Source of the DNA: an uncultured Bacteroides sp.
GTDB lineage: Bacteria > Bacteroidota > Bacteroidia > Bacteroidales > Bacteroidaceae
Assembly: GCA_905201685.1 (NCBI GenBank)
Contig: CAJKOW010000001.1
Span: 20,292 to 84,291, forward strand
DNA length: 64,000 nt
Direction of reading: 5' to 3'
A program made the translations under genes and the position numbers. The notes under the pieces are model-generated. The model saw only the letters and a list, made by a program, of their open reading frames with translations. It did no database searches and was not told the origin of the DNA. Below are positions 29,968-41,136 of this stretch, piece after piece (position 1 is the first letter of the stretch; the number at the start of each line of letters is the position of its first letter).

Positions 29968-32721
29968 TTAAAACTTCAAATTAAAACCAAACGCATATTG
30001 TCTCATTGTAGGATGAGCAACGCCAATAGACTCTGGATCGGCAATATCAATTCCATCCACACAGAACAGATCGTGTCCACGACCAAAGATCTTTATACCT
30101 TTTACAAAAGCAATGTTCTTCAGCCATTTTTCCGGCAACTGATAATATACTTCCAACGTTCTCAATTTCAAGAACGAAGCATCGGCTACCCACAAAGAAT
30201 TGGTATTATAGTTATTATCAGATCCTTGCGTAGTCAGACGGGGCAATGTTCCATTCGGATTGCTCTCGCTCCAACGGTTGTCCCAATAATATTGAGATAT
30301 GGTATTGTTCGATACCAACGGGCGATATACACTCTTCGTATCCAATATTTTACTATAATTGGCAGCTCCTTGGAAATAAGCAGTAAAACCTAATCCCTTA
30401 TACTCCGCACCCACATTAAATCCGTAATAGATTTCCGGACAAGTTTCATTATATCCTAAAGCCACTTGGTCGTATTGGTCAATACGCTTGTCACCATTCT
30501 GATCTTTAAATTTCAAATCACCGGGACGAACATCTGACAAATATTGTTTAACATCACGCTGATCAATTTCTTCCTGGCTTTGATAAATACCTTCCACTTC
30601 ATAACCGAAAATCTGTCCAACTGAATGACCGGTACGTTTTAAATAATCATACGGACGGTATTCTTCATTCATCTCAATAATTTCATTACGGGCAAATGAG
30701 AACTGTCCACCGATTTGATAAGTAAAATCTCCGATATGATCGGTCCAGTTAGCAGCTACATCCACTCCGTAACTGTTGATAATACCATCATTCCGTTTAG
30801 GAACAGTCATACCAAATACCGATGAAATCGCTCCACTACCGTCAACCAAAATATCGGTACGATGATCATAATATCCGTCAACGGTCAAAGACAATTTATT
30901 CCAAGCCATCAAATCAACACCCACGTTCAGCTTATGAGACTTTTCATAAGTCAACCCGTCCACCGCAATGCGATATTCTTTCATTCCAGACTGGCTGGCA
31001 GGAGTATCTTTGAAATAATAGCTGTTTCCACTGCCAAAATAATATTTATACAGATTAGCATCAAAATCTGCACGTCCTGCTATACCATAAGATGCTCTCA
31101 GCTTCAACAAATTCAGATTATCCGATTTCAACCAATCTTCTTCTGAAAGTATCCATCCTGCTCCGATCGAAGGAAATATTCCCCAACGGTTACCCGGTTC
31201 CAAAACACTTGATGCAGAACCAGACAAGGCAAAATCTAAAATATAACGATTTTTATAAGTATAGTGACCTTGAGCTACTACATCCATAAACGCATATTTA
31301 TTATTTTGATCACGTCCCGTTTTCTTATCCATGGAATACAACAATACAGCATTCAATTTATGTTCTCCCCAATTACGGTCATAATTGACCTGAGTATTAA
31401 AGTTAAAATGCGTATCCATTGTCTGAAGATAAGTGCTAAACTCATAATCAGTTTCTTCACGCAACTTTGTATAAGTATCTGCTGCGCCATCCCATCCTTT
31501 TACTGCCGACTGATAGGCATACGTACGTACATTTCCTTCACGATAGAATCCATAACTGTCATAACCAACATTTACAGTGGCTGACAAACCTGGCAATAAG
31601 AAATTCAAATCCTGGTTAATACTCATATCTGCATATAAGGTACGCCCCTGTGTACGTAAATACCCGGAACCTGCAATGTTCGCGATCGGGTTATTGGAAT
31701 ACACAGTTGTTCCCCCCCATATATCCTGCGAAGTTTTAATAGGGAAAGCACCAGAAGGGACCTGATACAACGCTCCGAACACATCGGAGATATCACTTTG
31801 AGGGCGATTGTTCTCAGAGAAAACTCCCAGCAAGTTCAACTTCACTTTCGTCGTATTGCTCACCTTGATATCCAGATTGGTACGAATATTCATTTTAGAG
31901 TATTTCAACTGTGTAGAGTATCCGTCGTTCTCCTCAGTAGGCTGATAAATACCCAAATTATTCAGGTAATTCAACTGTACATAATACTGCACCCTTTCAC
32001 CACCTCCACTAATCGAGAAATTCACATTGTTGCCATAAGCATGATCGCGCAATGCTTCATCCCACCAATTCACATTGGGATAGAATTCCGGATACGTCTG
32101 TTCACGGAAGGCATCCAGTTCACGCTGGCTGTAACGAGGAGACAGTCCATCATTCTTCATGCCTTCGTTCAGCGCTTGCGCATACGTATATCCATCTACA
32201 AAATCGGGCAAACGATTAGGAGTAGAGAAATTAAACTCATATCCAAAATTAATTACCGGAGCATGAACCGCACCACGTTTGGTCTTAATATATACTACTC
32301 CATTGGCTCCACGAATACCGTAAAGTGCCAACGATGCAGCATCTTTCAGAACTGTAACCGATTCGATCTCTTGAACGGTCAAAGAAGATATTTCCCGCTC
32401 AAATCCATCTACCAGAATCAACGGCGTACTGCTGTTGCTGGTTCCTACTCCACGTATATATAAGGTAGCGCCATCGTCCCAGGCATATCCTCCGTTTTGA
32501 AGGACTTGCAATCCTGGAATTAGTCCATACAATGAATTCGACGGGTCAATACTGGTCTTATGCGAAATCTGTTCGGATGTAGCCATTGCCCCTGCGACAG
32601 TCGATTCCTTCATATCGAAAGAAATACCTCGTCCATATTGTTGAATGCTGTCTGTTACTTGTGCCGTTGCTACGCATGGCAACAGTAAAAAAGCAGCGAT
32701 AAATTTCATACTTCTTTTCAT
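29968..32721 (-). CDS. susC: SusC/RagA TonB-dependent transporter lacking the N-terminal extension domain
   Basis: LKDAASLALYGIRGANGV, plug and barrel, C-terminal F. Confidence 0.95.
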   Translation of the reverse strand: MKRSMKFIAAFLLLPCVATAQVTDSIQQYGRGISFDMKESTVAGAMATSEQISHKTSIDPSNSLYGLIPGLQVLQNGGYAWDDGATLYIRGVGTSNSSTPLILVDGFEREISSLTVQEIESVTVLKDAASLALYGIRGANGVVYIKTKRGAVHAPVINFGYEFNFSTPNRLPDFVDGYTYAQALNEGMKNDGLSPRYSQRELDAFREQTYPEFYPNVNWWDEALRDHAYGNNVNFSISGGGERVQYYVQLNYLNNLGIYQPTEENDGYSTQLKYSKMNIRTNLDIKVSNTTKVKLNLLGVFSENNRPQSDISDVFGALYQVPSGAFPIKTSQDIWGGTTVYSNNPIANIAGSGYLRTQGRTLYADMSINQDLNFLLPGLSATVNVGYDSYGFYREGNVRTYAYQSAVKGWDGAADTYTKLREETDYEFSTYLQTMDTHFNFNTQVNYDRNWGEHKLNAVLLYSMDKKTGRDQNNKYAFMDVVAQGHYTYKNRYILDFALSGSASSVLEPGNRWGIFPSIGAGWILSEEDWLKSDNLNLLKLRASYGIAGRADFDANLYKYYFGSGNSYYFKDTPASQSGMKEYRIAVDGLTYEKSHKLNVGVDLMAWNKLSLTVDGYYDHRTDILVDGSGAISSVFGMTVPKRNDGIINSYGVDVAANWTDHIGDFTYQIGGQFSFARNEIIEMNEEYRPYDYLKRTGHSVGQIFGYEVEGIYQSQEEIDQRDVKQYLSDVRPGDLKFKDQNGDKRIDQYDQVALGYNETCPEIYYGFNVGAEYKGLGFTAYFQGAANYSKILDTKSVYRPLVSNNTISQYYWDNRWSESNPNGTLPRLTTQGSDNNYNTNSLWVADASFLKLRTLEVYYQLPEKWLKNIAFVKGIKIFGRGHDLFCVDGIDIADPESIGVAHPTMRQYAFGFNLKF

Positions 32722-32761
32722 AAGTACATTCTTGTTACTTTGTTCATTGAATCATCTTTTG

Positions 32762-34600
32762 TTATTCCCATCCTGGGTTCTGTACAAGGCCATACCCTTT
32801 GTTCACCTCATTGCTGGGGAAAGCACTCAAATACCATTTAGGAGAGAAACCACCGGGTTTCTGCCAAGCTCGTTCTGCCAATTGCGGGAAAGAGAAATCG
32901 TATTCTAAAGTATTCTTATTACGATAGACATTGATACCATGTAGATGCTTTGTAAAGTCTGCTTCACGTTTCCAGCGAATCAGATCGAAGAAACGTACTT
33001 CTTCCCAAGCAAACTCACAAGCGCGTTCACGAAGCACAGCCTCACGGAATTCTGTCTTTTCGTCTTGCTCACCTTTCAGAACCAGTCCCGGCAGTCCGAC
33101 ACGAGCTCGTACTGCATTGACATACTGATAAGCCTCACTTGTACGTCCACATTCGTTCAAAGCTTCGGCGTACGACAAGTAAACCTCTGCCAGACGCAAA
33201 TATGGCCATTGAATAATACGTCCCTTATACTCATTCTTACGGTCAAGAGCAAATTTGCGATCTGCTATACCAGTAGCCAAAGATTTACTATCCAAAGAAG
33301 CAGCACTACTGTTCCAATGTTTGCCTGCAGGATAATTATTGGGATCATCACTTTTCTTTTGAAAAACTTCAGCTTTCGTACCTTGGAAGTCATCACCATC
33401 CAGCAAAATTGTCTCACTCAAACGAGGGTCACGATTTATGAAAGGGTTTTTACGGTGTTCCGGATTATCCCAATCAAAATCAGTTCCATCTGCCATAGGA
33501 AACATATCAAAACTCTCTTTGGTCGGACACCAACCACCCCAACGCATTGATTTCAACAAGAAGCTAAGCCCATCAGTTTTATAATGTCTACGAACTGAAA
33601 CCAAAGATTCGGTAGTACCACGTGTATAGTAAGCATCCTGAAATGCCTGTCGATACGTGCCCGATGTATTTTTATCGACCAAACGATAAAAACCTTCACT
33701 TGCCATTGCATCAAAAAATTCCTTACCTGCTTCAGCTGCTGCTTCCCAACGCTTTTGATCATATCCACCAAACCAAGTCATCAGCTTTGTGGAAGCTTCT
33801 CCCTGATAATAAGGAGAATCGGAATTAAATAACGGACTGGCAACAAACAACAACGTGCGAAGTTTCAAACCCATAGCCGATGCACGTGTCAGACGTCCAC
33901 TCCAGTTACTCAAGTCATCACCGGTCAACGCCCAAGGCAATTCCTTACAAGCAATAGCTTCATCCAACAACTTCACAATAAAATCGACCGTTTCCTGTAG
34001 GGTGGCACGAGCCGGTAGATTAGTTTCTTCGACATCGATGGCATGATCGACAATAGGCAAAGCTCCAAAATGACGCAACATTTCCGAGTAGTGTAAAGCT
34101 ATAATAATCTTGGCTTCAGCTTTCAGACGCAATTTTTCACTTTCCGACATGTCAGGAACCCGATCTACATTCTTTATCAAGATCCACGCATTACGAATGC
34201 CCTGCCAGGAATAGCGGCCCTGAAACTTATATTTAGTCGCACCTTTCGCTGCACCAGTCTTATCCTCGGATGCCGCATTGTACACACCGCTATAATAAAG
34301 TTCTTCCGGACCACCGTAACCAATACAAGACTGACTCAAGTCTGTCAAATTTTCAAGTACACCGACCCACATAGCTGTTGTAGTATTATAGTTAGTCGGA
34401 AATCCATAAGGCATTGTATAATAACTATACCACAATACCTGTTTTGCATATTCTGCAGTAGAAAAAATAGTATCGGCTGTAATATCTCCACCTGGGGCCT
34501 TCTGAAGGAACTTTTCGCCTAAAGCGAAATCTTCGCATGAAGACAAGGATACCAATAAAGATAACACCAATAGATGAATATGTTTTCTTATCCTTTTCAT
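32762..34600 (-). CDS. susD: SusD/RagB family lipoprotein
   Basis: Lipobox LSSC; RLAEVYLSYAEA, RERACE..WE..RFFDLIRW, QNPGW. Confidence 0.95.
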   Translation of the reverse strand: MKRIRKHIHLLVLSLLVSLSSCEDFALGEKFLQKAPGGDITADTIFSTAEYAKQVLWYSYYTMPYGFPTNYNTTTAMWVGVLENLTDLSQSCIGYGGPEELYYSGVYNAASEDKTGAAKGATKYKFQGRYSWQGIRNAWILIKNVDRVPDMSESEKLRLKAEAKIIIALHYSEMLRHFGALPIVDHAIDVEETNLPARATLQETVDFIVKLLDEAIACKELPWALTGDDLSNWSGRLTRASAMGLKLRTLLFVASPLFNSDSPYYQGEASTKLMTWFGGYDQKRWEAAAEAGKEFFDAMASEGFYRLVDKNTSGTYRQAFQDAYYTRGTTESLVSVRRHYKTDGLSFLLKSMRWGGWCPTKESFDMFPMADGTDFDWDNPEHRKNPFINRDPRLSETILLDGDDFQGTKAEVFQKKSDDPNNYPAGKHWNSSAASLDSKSLATGIADRKFALDRKNEYKGRIIQWPYLRLAEVYLSYAEALNECGRTSEAYQYVNAVRARVGLPGLVLKGEQDEKTEFREAVLRERACEFAWEEVRFFDLIRWKREADFTKHLHGINVYRNKNTLEYDFSFPQLAERAWQKPGGFSPKWYLSAFPSNEVNKGYGLVQNPGWE

Positions 34601-34619
34601 GATTATTCGTTTTTAATAT

Positions 34620-37600
34620 TTAGAAACCTACTTTCAAACCCAGATTCACTACCATTACCAGCGGATACATGATATTACCATTTGCATCCGATTCCGGATC
34701 TACGATCTTAAGTTTATCAAAAGTCAACAAGTTATAACCTGTAGCATAAACACGTAAGTTACCTACATGTAATTTCTTCAGAACTTTCTCTGAGAAGTTA
34801 TATCCAACTTCTACATTCTTCAGACGAATATAAGAAGCATCACGCAACCACAAGTCTGAATCCAAATAATTATTGGTCTTATTTACAAACGTGATAGCCG
34901 GTGCTTTAGCCGAGTTTCCCTTTTCCGGAGTCCAAGCATCCGTTACCTGATATTTCAACAAGGAGCGTGAATTGGTTGAACCAAACGGTTCGCGATACAC
35001 ATCATTCAACATACGTGAAGTCTTTGTTGCTCCAGCCCATGTCATACTAAAATCAAAACCTTTATAAGAGAAGCCTAGATTAAGACCTCCAGTCAACAAC
35101 GGATAAATAGGATATCCGATGGCAGCTTTATCATTTTGGTTAATTTTGCCATCACCATTCAGATCTTTATATTTCACATCACCAGGCAACGGAGTGTAAC
35201 CGGAACCGTGATCAGGTATTCCACCTTCCTTGCCTTTCAAGTTCTCGTAATTGGCAACATCTTCTTCCGAGAAGAAACCGTCGTATTTATATCCAAAGTT
35301 CTGCCCTACCGGACGACCTGTCTGACGCATATATTCATAAGGATAATTCACTTCATCCTTAAAGACCACCTTATTCTTTGCATAAGAAATATTGAAACCT
35401 ATATTATAGCCAAAATCATTAATTTGATCTCTCCAGCTCAAAGCAACTTCGAAACCTTTGTTATCTACCTTACCCAAATTGGCCGTAGGTAATGTTACTG
35501 CCAAATAAGTAGGCAATACCTGACGGGTAATCAGAATGTCTTTACGGTGTTCGATAAAGTAATCAAAATTCAGTTTCAACTTGCTGCCAACAAAGTAAGC
35601 ATCCAAGCCGTAGTTCTGCTTAGCTGCAGTTTCCCATGTCACATAAGGATTACCGAGTTTAGACTCTTTTGCTCCTGTCAGCAAGATTTTCGACGTATTT
35701 CCAAAATAGAAACCACCTTGTCCTGTCGTATATGAATCCGGCAAATAAAGAAAACGTGAACTGTCACTGGTACGGTCATTACCTACAATACCGTAAGAAG
35801 CACGTATCTTAAGATAGTCAAGAACCGGCTTCAAAGGTTTCATGAAATTCTCTTCTGTCAGAATCCAACCCAGAGAGAAAGCTGGGAACAAGCCAAAACG
35901 GTTTCCTGGAGCAAAATTCTCCGAACCATTATAACCGATATTCACATCTGCCATATAACGGTTGTTCCAGTCATAGGCAACACGTCCTACAAAACCAATA
36001 TAGCTTCGGGGAATAGAGGCAAACTGTGAAGGTCCGCTTACATAGTAAGTCATGCTTTGATTATACATAGCCAGTGCAGACACATGATGCTTATCGAAAT
36101 CACGCTTATAATTCAGAGCGAACTCCAAGTACCAGTCTCTTGCCTTACCCGGACTTTCCGAATAGCTCAAATTAGATTTATCTCCCACTCGGCGGAAATT
36201 ATTGGTTCCGTCTTCATTGGCAACCACTTCATAATGCGGATACGAACAACTAAATACTTTAGTCAAAGTCATTGTATTATTATAGGAAGCTTTTACATGT
36301 GCTTTCAGTCCTTTGGTCAGGAAATCCAATTTCTGTTCCAACTGGAAGTCAAAGTTCAGTGTATTGCCATTACGAGTGTTATATCCTTTACCATAATAAG
36401 GATACAAAGCATCACGCACCGTACCCGGCAGGTTATGAGTCTTAGAGTCAATCCACAACCATTTGCCATCTACTACACCGGCACCCGACATAGGCGGTGC
36501 CCAATAAATATCACGGAACAGATAACCGATATCACTACTGCCTTCATAGTTTGGTTGATTCTTATTGTTCACCCGGCCACCCAAGTTAATACGCATCAAA
36601 GTTGTTTTGGTCAAATCGAAATCCAAATTCATACGATAATTATAACGGGTATATTTGAAATTGCCGTCATACTCGTCTTCGAACGATTTGAAAAGACCGT
36701 CCTGAGTAAATACACCGATAGAAGCAAAATAACGCACCCTCTCCGAACCACCGGAAATAGAGAAGTTGTGTTGACTCTGCAAGGCAGCCTTTTTAATCAG
36801 CAAGTCTGTCCAATCAGTATCGGGGTAAGCCAACGGATTGCTATGAGTGCGATAAGCCTCAATGGCTTCATCAGTAAACGCCAATTGATCTTCTGCTACT
36901 CCGTCACGGCGTTGTGCATTGACATACGTTGTCGCATACTCGTAACTGTTTGCAAATTCAGGCAAACGGGTAGGCATCTGAACTGCAAAGGAAGTAGAAA
37001 AATTCATTCTCGGCTTACCTTCTGTTCCGCGTTTTGTAGTCACCAATACTACACCATTCGCACCACGTACACCAAACACTGCAGTAGACGATGCATCTTT
37101 CAAGATAGTGATATCTTCTACTTCATTGGGGTCGATCTGGTTAAAAGAACGTTCCACACCATCCACCAATACCAACGGAGCAGACAAATCGGTAGAAAGA
37201 GAACCTACACCACGTATAAAGATAGTAGGATCATCAGCTCCCGGCTGACCAGTGCTCTGAATCGATGAAAGACCAGGCATTTTACCGGTCAAGGCATTGG
37301 AAAGACTGGAAACAGGAGTTTTCAACAGTTCCTTGGAATTAACAGATGCCATAGCACCAGTAACCGTAACTTTCTTTTGGGCACCATAAGCTATGATCTG
37401 CACTTCCTGGAGTTCCTGAATACCTTCATTCAGTTTGATGTTCAGTTTAGGCTCACCTTTGTAAACAATGGTTTTGTCTTCGTAGCCCACATAAGAAATC
37501 ACAAGAGTAGCTCCAACAGGGACTTCTAACGTAAAGTGACCATCTACATCCGTAATAACACCATTCGTGGTGCCTTTCACCAACACACTGGCTCCAATTA

Positions 37601-37784
37601 CCGGACCAAAATTATCCGTCACTGTACCTGTCACCGTTTTGCGATTCTGTTGCGTGATAGCAACTGCTGTTCCTTCCGGCACAAGATTCTCTGAAGAAAA
37701 AGCTGTCTGCCCGAACAGTAAGGAGGCAGTCAACAGCCATACCTGCTTTTGAGGTATCTTCATTGGAGTGAAGAAGTTTTTCAT
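34620..37784 (-). CDS. susC: SusC/RagA TonB-dependent transporter
   Basis: N-terminal CarboxypepD-like domain; LKDASSTAVFGVRGANGV; C-terminal F. Confidence 0.97.
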   Translation of the reverse strand: MKNFFTPMKIPQKQVWLLTASLLFGQTAFSSENLVPEGTAVAITQQNRKTVTGTVTDNFGPVIGASVLVKGTTNGVITDVDGHFTLEVPVGATLVISYVGYEDKTIVYKGEPKLNIKLNEGIQELQEVQIIAYGAQKKVTVTGAMASVNSKELLKTPVSSLSNALTGKMPGLSSIQSTGQPGADDPTIFIRGVGSLSTDLSAPLVLVDGVERSFNQIDPNEVEDITILKDASSTAVFGVRGANGVVLVTTKRGTEGKPRMNFSTSFAVQMPTRLPEFANSYEYATTYVNAQRRDGVAEDQLAFTDEAIEAYRTHSNPLAYPDTDWTDLLIKKAALQSQHNFSISGGSERVRYFASIGVFTQDGLFKSFEDEYDGNFKYTRYNYRMNLDFDLTKTTLMRINLGGRVNNKNQPNYEGSSDIGYLFRDIYWAPPMSGAGVVDGKWLWIDSKTHNLPGTVRDALYPYYGKGYNTRNGNTLNFDFQLEQKLDFLTKGLKAHVKASYNNTMTLTKVFSCSYPHYEVVANEDGTNNFRRVGDKSNLSYSESPGKARDWYLEFALNYKRDFDKHHVSALAMYNQSMTYYVSGPSQFASIPRSYIGFVGRVAYDWNNRYMADVNIGYNGSENFAPGNRFGLFPAFSLGWILTEENFMKPLKPVLDYLKIRASYGIVGNDRTSDSSRFLYLPDSYTTGQGGFYFGNTSKILLTGAKESKLGNPYVTWETAAKQNYGLDAYFVGSKLKLNFDYFIEHRKDILITRQVLPTYLAVTLPTANLGKVDNKGFEVALSWRDQINDFGYNIGFNISYAKNKVVFKDEVNYPYEYMRQTGRPVGQNFGYKYDGFFSEEDVANYENLKGKEGGIPDHGSGYTPLPGDVKYKDLNGDGKINQNDKAAIGYPIYPLLTGGLNLGFSYKGFDFSMTWAGATKTSRMLNDVYREPFGSTNSRSLLKYQVTDAWTPEKGNSAKAPAITFVNKTNNYLDSDLWLRDASYIRLKNVEVGYNFSEKVLKKLHVGNLRVYATGYNLLTFDKLKIVDPESDANGNIMYPLVMVVNLGLKVGF

Positions 37785-38055
37785 CTCAATTAAATTTAAG
37801 TTAGTAACATTTTTAATTTAAACTCTATTCGCAATGATGAGTACGACAAATATAGAATTTCTCCGCCAATCCCTCCTCCCACAAATATTCTAAAAAACGG
37901 TAAAAAACATACAAATACCCAATAACGCAAAAGGCGTACAAAAAGCACCCTTTTAAGTACAATTTTACCCCATAGACACGTTACCTGATTTTCGGATTTC
38001 GATTTGGCTTGCAATCTTTTCCTCGCCTTATTAAGGTCCGTTTCGGTTCTACAAG

Positions 38056-38132
38056 TATGAGAATAACATTCTCATAACTATGAGAATAGTTTTCTCATAA
38101 GCATGAGAATGGTCTTCTCATACCTATGAGAA
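38056..38132. repeat. 23-bp tandem array of ATGAGAA-N5-TTCTCAT palindromes (3 units plus a partial unit)
   Basis: Units start at 38056, 38079, 38102 and 38125. Confidence 0.9.
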
Positions 38133-38185
38133 ACTAACGAAATAAAAGAATGCGTGCAGAAACTCAGTTAGCCCGATTCTGAATC

Positions 38186-41110
38186 CTAATTTATGGAGTT
38201 ATCAGAGATTAAATGCAGCTCACATTCCACGGGCTGACCATGTTGGCAGAAGACAGTAAGTAGGGTATTTCCTTCCTGATGTTTCACAGAGAGTTTTTCG
38301 TTCTTGCAACTCAAGTTCCAAACACCCTTCAACAGAATCTGTTTAACTATAACCCGACTTGGTTCCTTCGTTGTATAAGTCTTAGTACTTATATTCAGGT
38401 TAGGATCACACACACTGATTCGGATACCTTCATTTACACGCCTATACATTGTCATCGTCTCTGCCGGTAAACGTAAAAGCAACTCGTCATCCGACAAGCT
38501 GACGGAATCGAACGCTGCGTAGGCGGTAATTCCAGTCTGCGCATCGCGCACAGCATGAACCGTATTATTACACAAAAGTACGGTATAAGTATTCTGCGCA
38601 GATTTATTCTTCAAATCCTGCTCATCCGGTTGTATCCAGATCATATACTCATAGCTTTCACCCTGAGGAGACTTGCCATGATCAATCCAGGCCGAAGCAA
38701 ACTCTCCATGAGTCACTTCTTTCGTTTTTTCATGACGCGACTCCTGTCTGGCTATCTGTGCTCTGACTTTTCCATGTTTCACAAAGTAATAGTTTCCATA
38801 AGCATCCTGCAGGCAAAGCGGATTCAAGGCATCTCCCTGCATTTCCAATGAACTCCCGACTTCTGTCATCTCATTATTTCCTAACCGGATGCTCATACCG
38901 TTGCGGAATGCACTTTGAAACAGTGTCGTTTCTGTCGGATAATCCTTATTGCTGTTACGAATGCCCGTTCCGAGGCATATCAACCTGTCGTTAAAACAAA
39001 AGACTGACTTACGGGCTACGAAATCGGGTGTAAAATTCCGATAGTTCCTTTCCATCAGCTTCATGGCAAACATGCCGTTCGTACCTTCCAGCGAAGAACT
39101 TCCTGAAAAATTCTCTTTGGAATGCGCCATCATGGTTCCCTTCAACGGGTTTTCCAACAAGTCGAATGGCAAATGAATCGTAGTGGTGCCCGGTAAGCGG
39201 TTCCAATCCCAGCCATTCTCCTCATATCCGCTCAACCGCCGCGAAGGCTGCCCCATAATCTGAACCGATCCGTAACTCTGATACCGTCCGTATCTGTTGT
39301 CGTTCTTATATATTTCCGATCCCCATACATCCGTATTATATCCCTTCAAAGTGACCATCCAGTCCTTACGCCTGAAAATACCGGCCGAACCGTAATTATA
39401 TACCCAAAAGCCTTCAGGAGCTTTGGCCGGCCTGATGCCCTGCTCTTTGAAATAGTGTGCTTCAGGCGTATCTTTTTCACAAAGCCGAAGATAATCGGCA
39501 GCCAAATGATGATCGAACTCACGGCCTTCGCCGGACAAATCGCCTGAAAGAGCCAGATAAGCAAAAGCCGCAACATCTTCCTCGGCCATTGAAAAGCCGA
39601 AAGGATGACGCCCACTGAGACCTATTCCCCATTCATACTTGTTACTATAATTGCGCATGGCTATAAAAGCCGATTTTAAAACCTGCCGGGCATCAACCGT
39701 CAGTTCGTAGTCCGTATGAGTGGTGAGCGAAACAAACTGTCCAACCGTCGCCAGTACTCCCGTTGTATAGGCCGGATAAAAACCACCATGATGAAAAGTC
39801 GTTCCATCCACCTTGATACCGCCTATGGTTCCCGGCGTATATTGCAACGATGTAGACAGCCAACGCGAGAGTCCTTTCAATGCCCGTACCCGCTCTCTTT
39901 CATCTACAAACATCAAAGCTGACACGATTTTAGGCATCAGCAAGGTATGCCAGCTGTCCAGCAGTTCATCCCGTCCGTACTGGCAAGGCTTACGCGTTTC
40001 CTGCAAAGCAGACCAAAACACTAAGGCTGAAAGAATCTGGTCCCTGTCCCGATTCTTCCAAATAGCCTCCCGCATCAGCCATGCTGTTTTATAAATATCG
40101 CGAACCTGATATCCATAATGATGGTTAGTCCCCATGCCGCTTCCATAAGCAAAGCCCTGATCAATAGCATATTTCCAAACCAGAAAATAATACTCAGCAG
40201 CCTGAGAAGAACCATTATAATACGCATCATAAGCAAAGCCAGACAACATGGTTTCCAAGTCATTCCACGAAATCTCACCTTTTTCCCGATTCAACTCGTC
40301 GGGTGCAACAAGCGGAGCCCCCACAAACCCCGAACCCGAAGGACGGATAGCAACCTGCCGAAATACAGAATATGCGTCAGAAACAGCTTTATCCATATCG
40401 CCTTTTGAAGAACAAAGCATTTCCGTCAATCTGGATTCTATCGTCTTAAGCTCTGTTTGCTCCTGCAAAGTCAATGCAGAAGATAAAGGAATATCATATT
40501 CATATTGTTCCCATTGCCAGACACGACACCAATGCCATAAGTCCCTAAAATCAAAAGAATTGTTGTAAGGCATCTGCATATCCGGAGTAGTCCGGTCATT
40601 GGTTTCAGTTTCAGGGAAGAGAAGGCGGTCTAAAAAGACACGTCCTTTCCGCTGAGGAGCAACTAACCTGCAGCCTGCAATATCCTTTCCTTCTTGACTG
40701 CCTGCCATATGCTGAAAACCAATCCAGCAGGCACGCCAGCCGGAGGAAGCCAGCCGGAACCCGAACTGATAAACAATCTTATTATCCGAAGAAAGAAATT
40801 CGAAACGGATAGAATCCTGTTGAGGAACTTCATTGTACATCCACAACGTAATGCCATATCGTTGTTTTACTTTTGACGTCAGTTCCAAAGGAGACTCTAA
40901 CGGTATATACAATGCCGAACCGGGTTTATAATTCCACTCCAGGCACTTTGTTCCTTCTTTATAATAAAGAGAAGTCAACGCCAAATTGCCATTCCCGTCA
41001 CACCGGAAACCAGCAGGTATTCCATCCTCAAATCCCATCACTTGTGCCGACAGATAACGAGCGACTGAGAATAACAACAAAAAACATAAGCATAATCTAC
41101 GTATTATCAT
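38186..41110 (-). CDS. Chondroitin sulfate ABC lyase (PL8)
   Basis: GTNHHYGY, DGTTFHHGGFYPAY, SGRHP, NRYGRYQSYGS, GWDWNRLPGTT. Confidence 0.9.
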   Translation of the reverse strand: MIIRRLCLCFLLLFSVARYLSAQVMGFEDGIPAGFRCDGNGNLALTSLYYKEGTKCLEWNYKPGSALYIPLESPLELTSKVKQRYGITLWMYNEVPQQDSIRFEFLSSDNKIVYQFGFRLASSGWRACWIGFQHMAGSQEGKDIAGCRLVAPQRKGRVFLDRLLFPETETNDRTTPDMQMPYNNSFDFRDLWHWCRVWQWEQYEYDIPLSSALTLQEQTELKTIESRLTEMLCSSKGDMDKAVSDAYSVFRQVAIRPSGSGFVGAPLVAPDELNREKGEISWNDLETMLSGFAYDAYYNGSSQAAEYYFLVWKYAIDQGFAYGSGMGTNHHYGYQVRDIYKTAWLMREAIWKNRDRDQILSALVFWSALQETRKPCQYGRDELLDSWHTLLMPKIVSALMFVDERERVRALKGLSRWLSTSLQYTPGTIGGIKVDGTTFHHGGFYPAYTTGVLATVGQFVSLTTHTDYELTVDARQVLKSAFIAMRNYSNKYEWGIGLSGRHPFGFSMAEEDVAAFAYLALSGDLSGEGREFDHHLAADYLRLCEKDTPEAHYFKEQGIRPAKAPEGFWVYNYGSAGIFRRKDWMVTLKGYNTDVWGSEIYKNDNRYGRYQSYGSVQIMGQPSRRLSGYEENGWDWNRLPGTTTIHLPFDLLENPLKGTMMAHSKENFSGSSSLEGTNGMFAMKLMERNYRNFTPDFVARKSVFCFNDRLICLGTGIRNSNKDYPTETTLFQSAFRNGMSIRLGNNEMTEVGSSLEMQGDALNPLCLQDAYGNYYFVKHGKVRAQIARQESRHEKTKEVTHGEFASAWIDHGKSPQGESYEYMIWIQPDEQDLKNKSAQNTYTVLLCNNTVHAVRDAQTGITAYAAFDSVSLSDDELLLRLPAETMTMYRRVNEGIRISVCDPNLNISTKTYTTKEPSRVIVKQILLKGVWNLSCKNEKLSVKHQEGNTLLTVFCQHGQPVECELHLISDNSIN

Positions 41111-41136
41111 AGTATCTTGATTTTAAATGATTCGAA

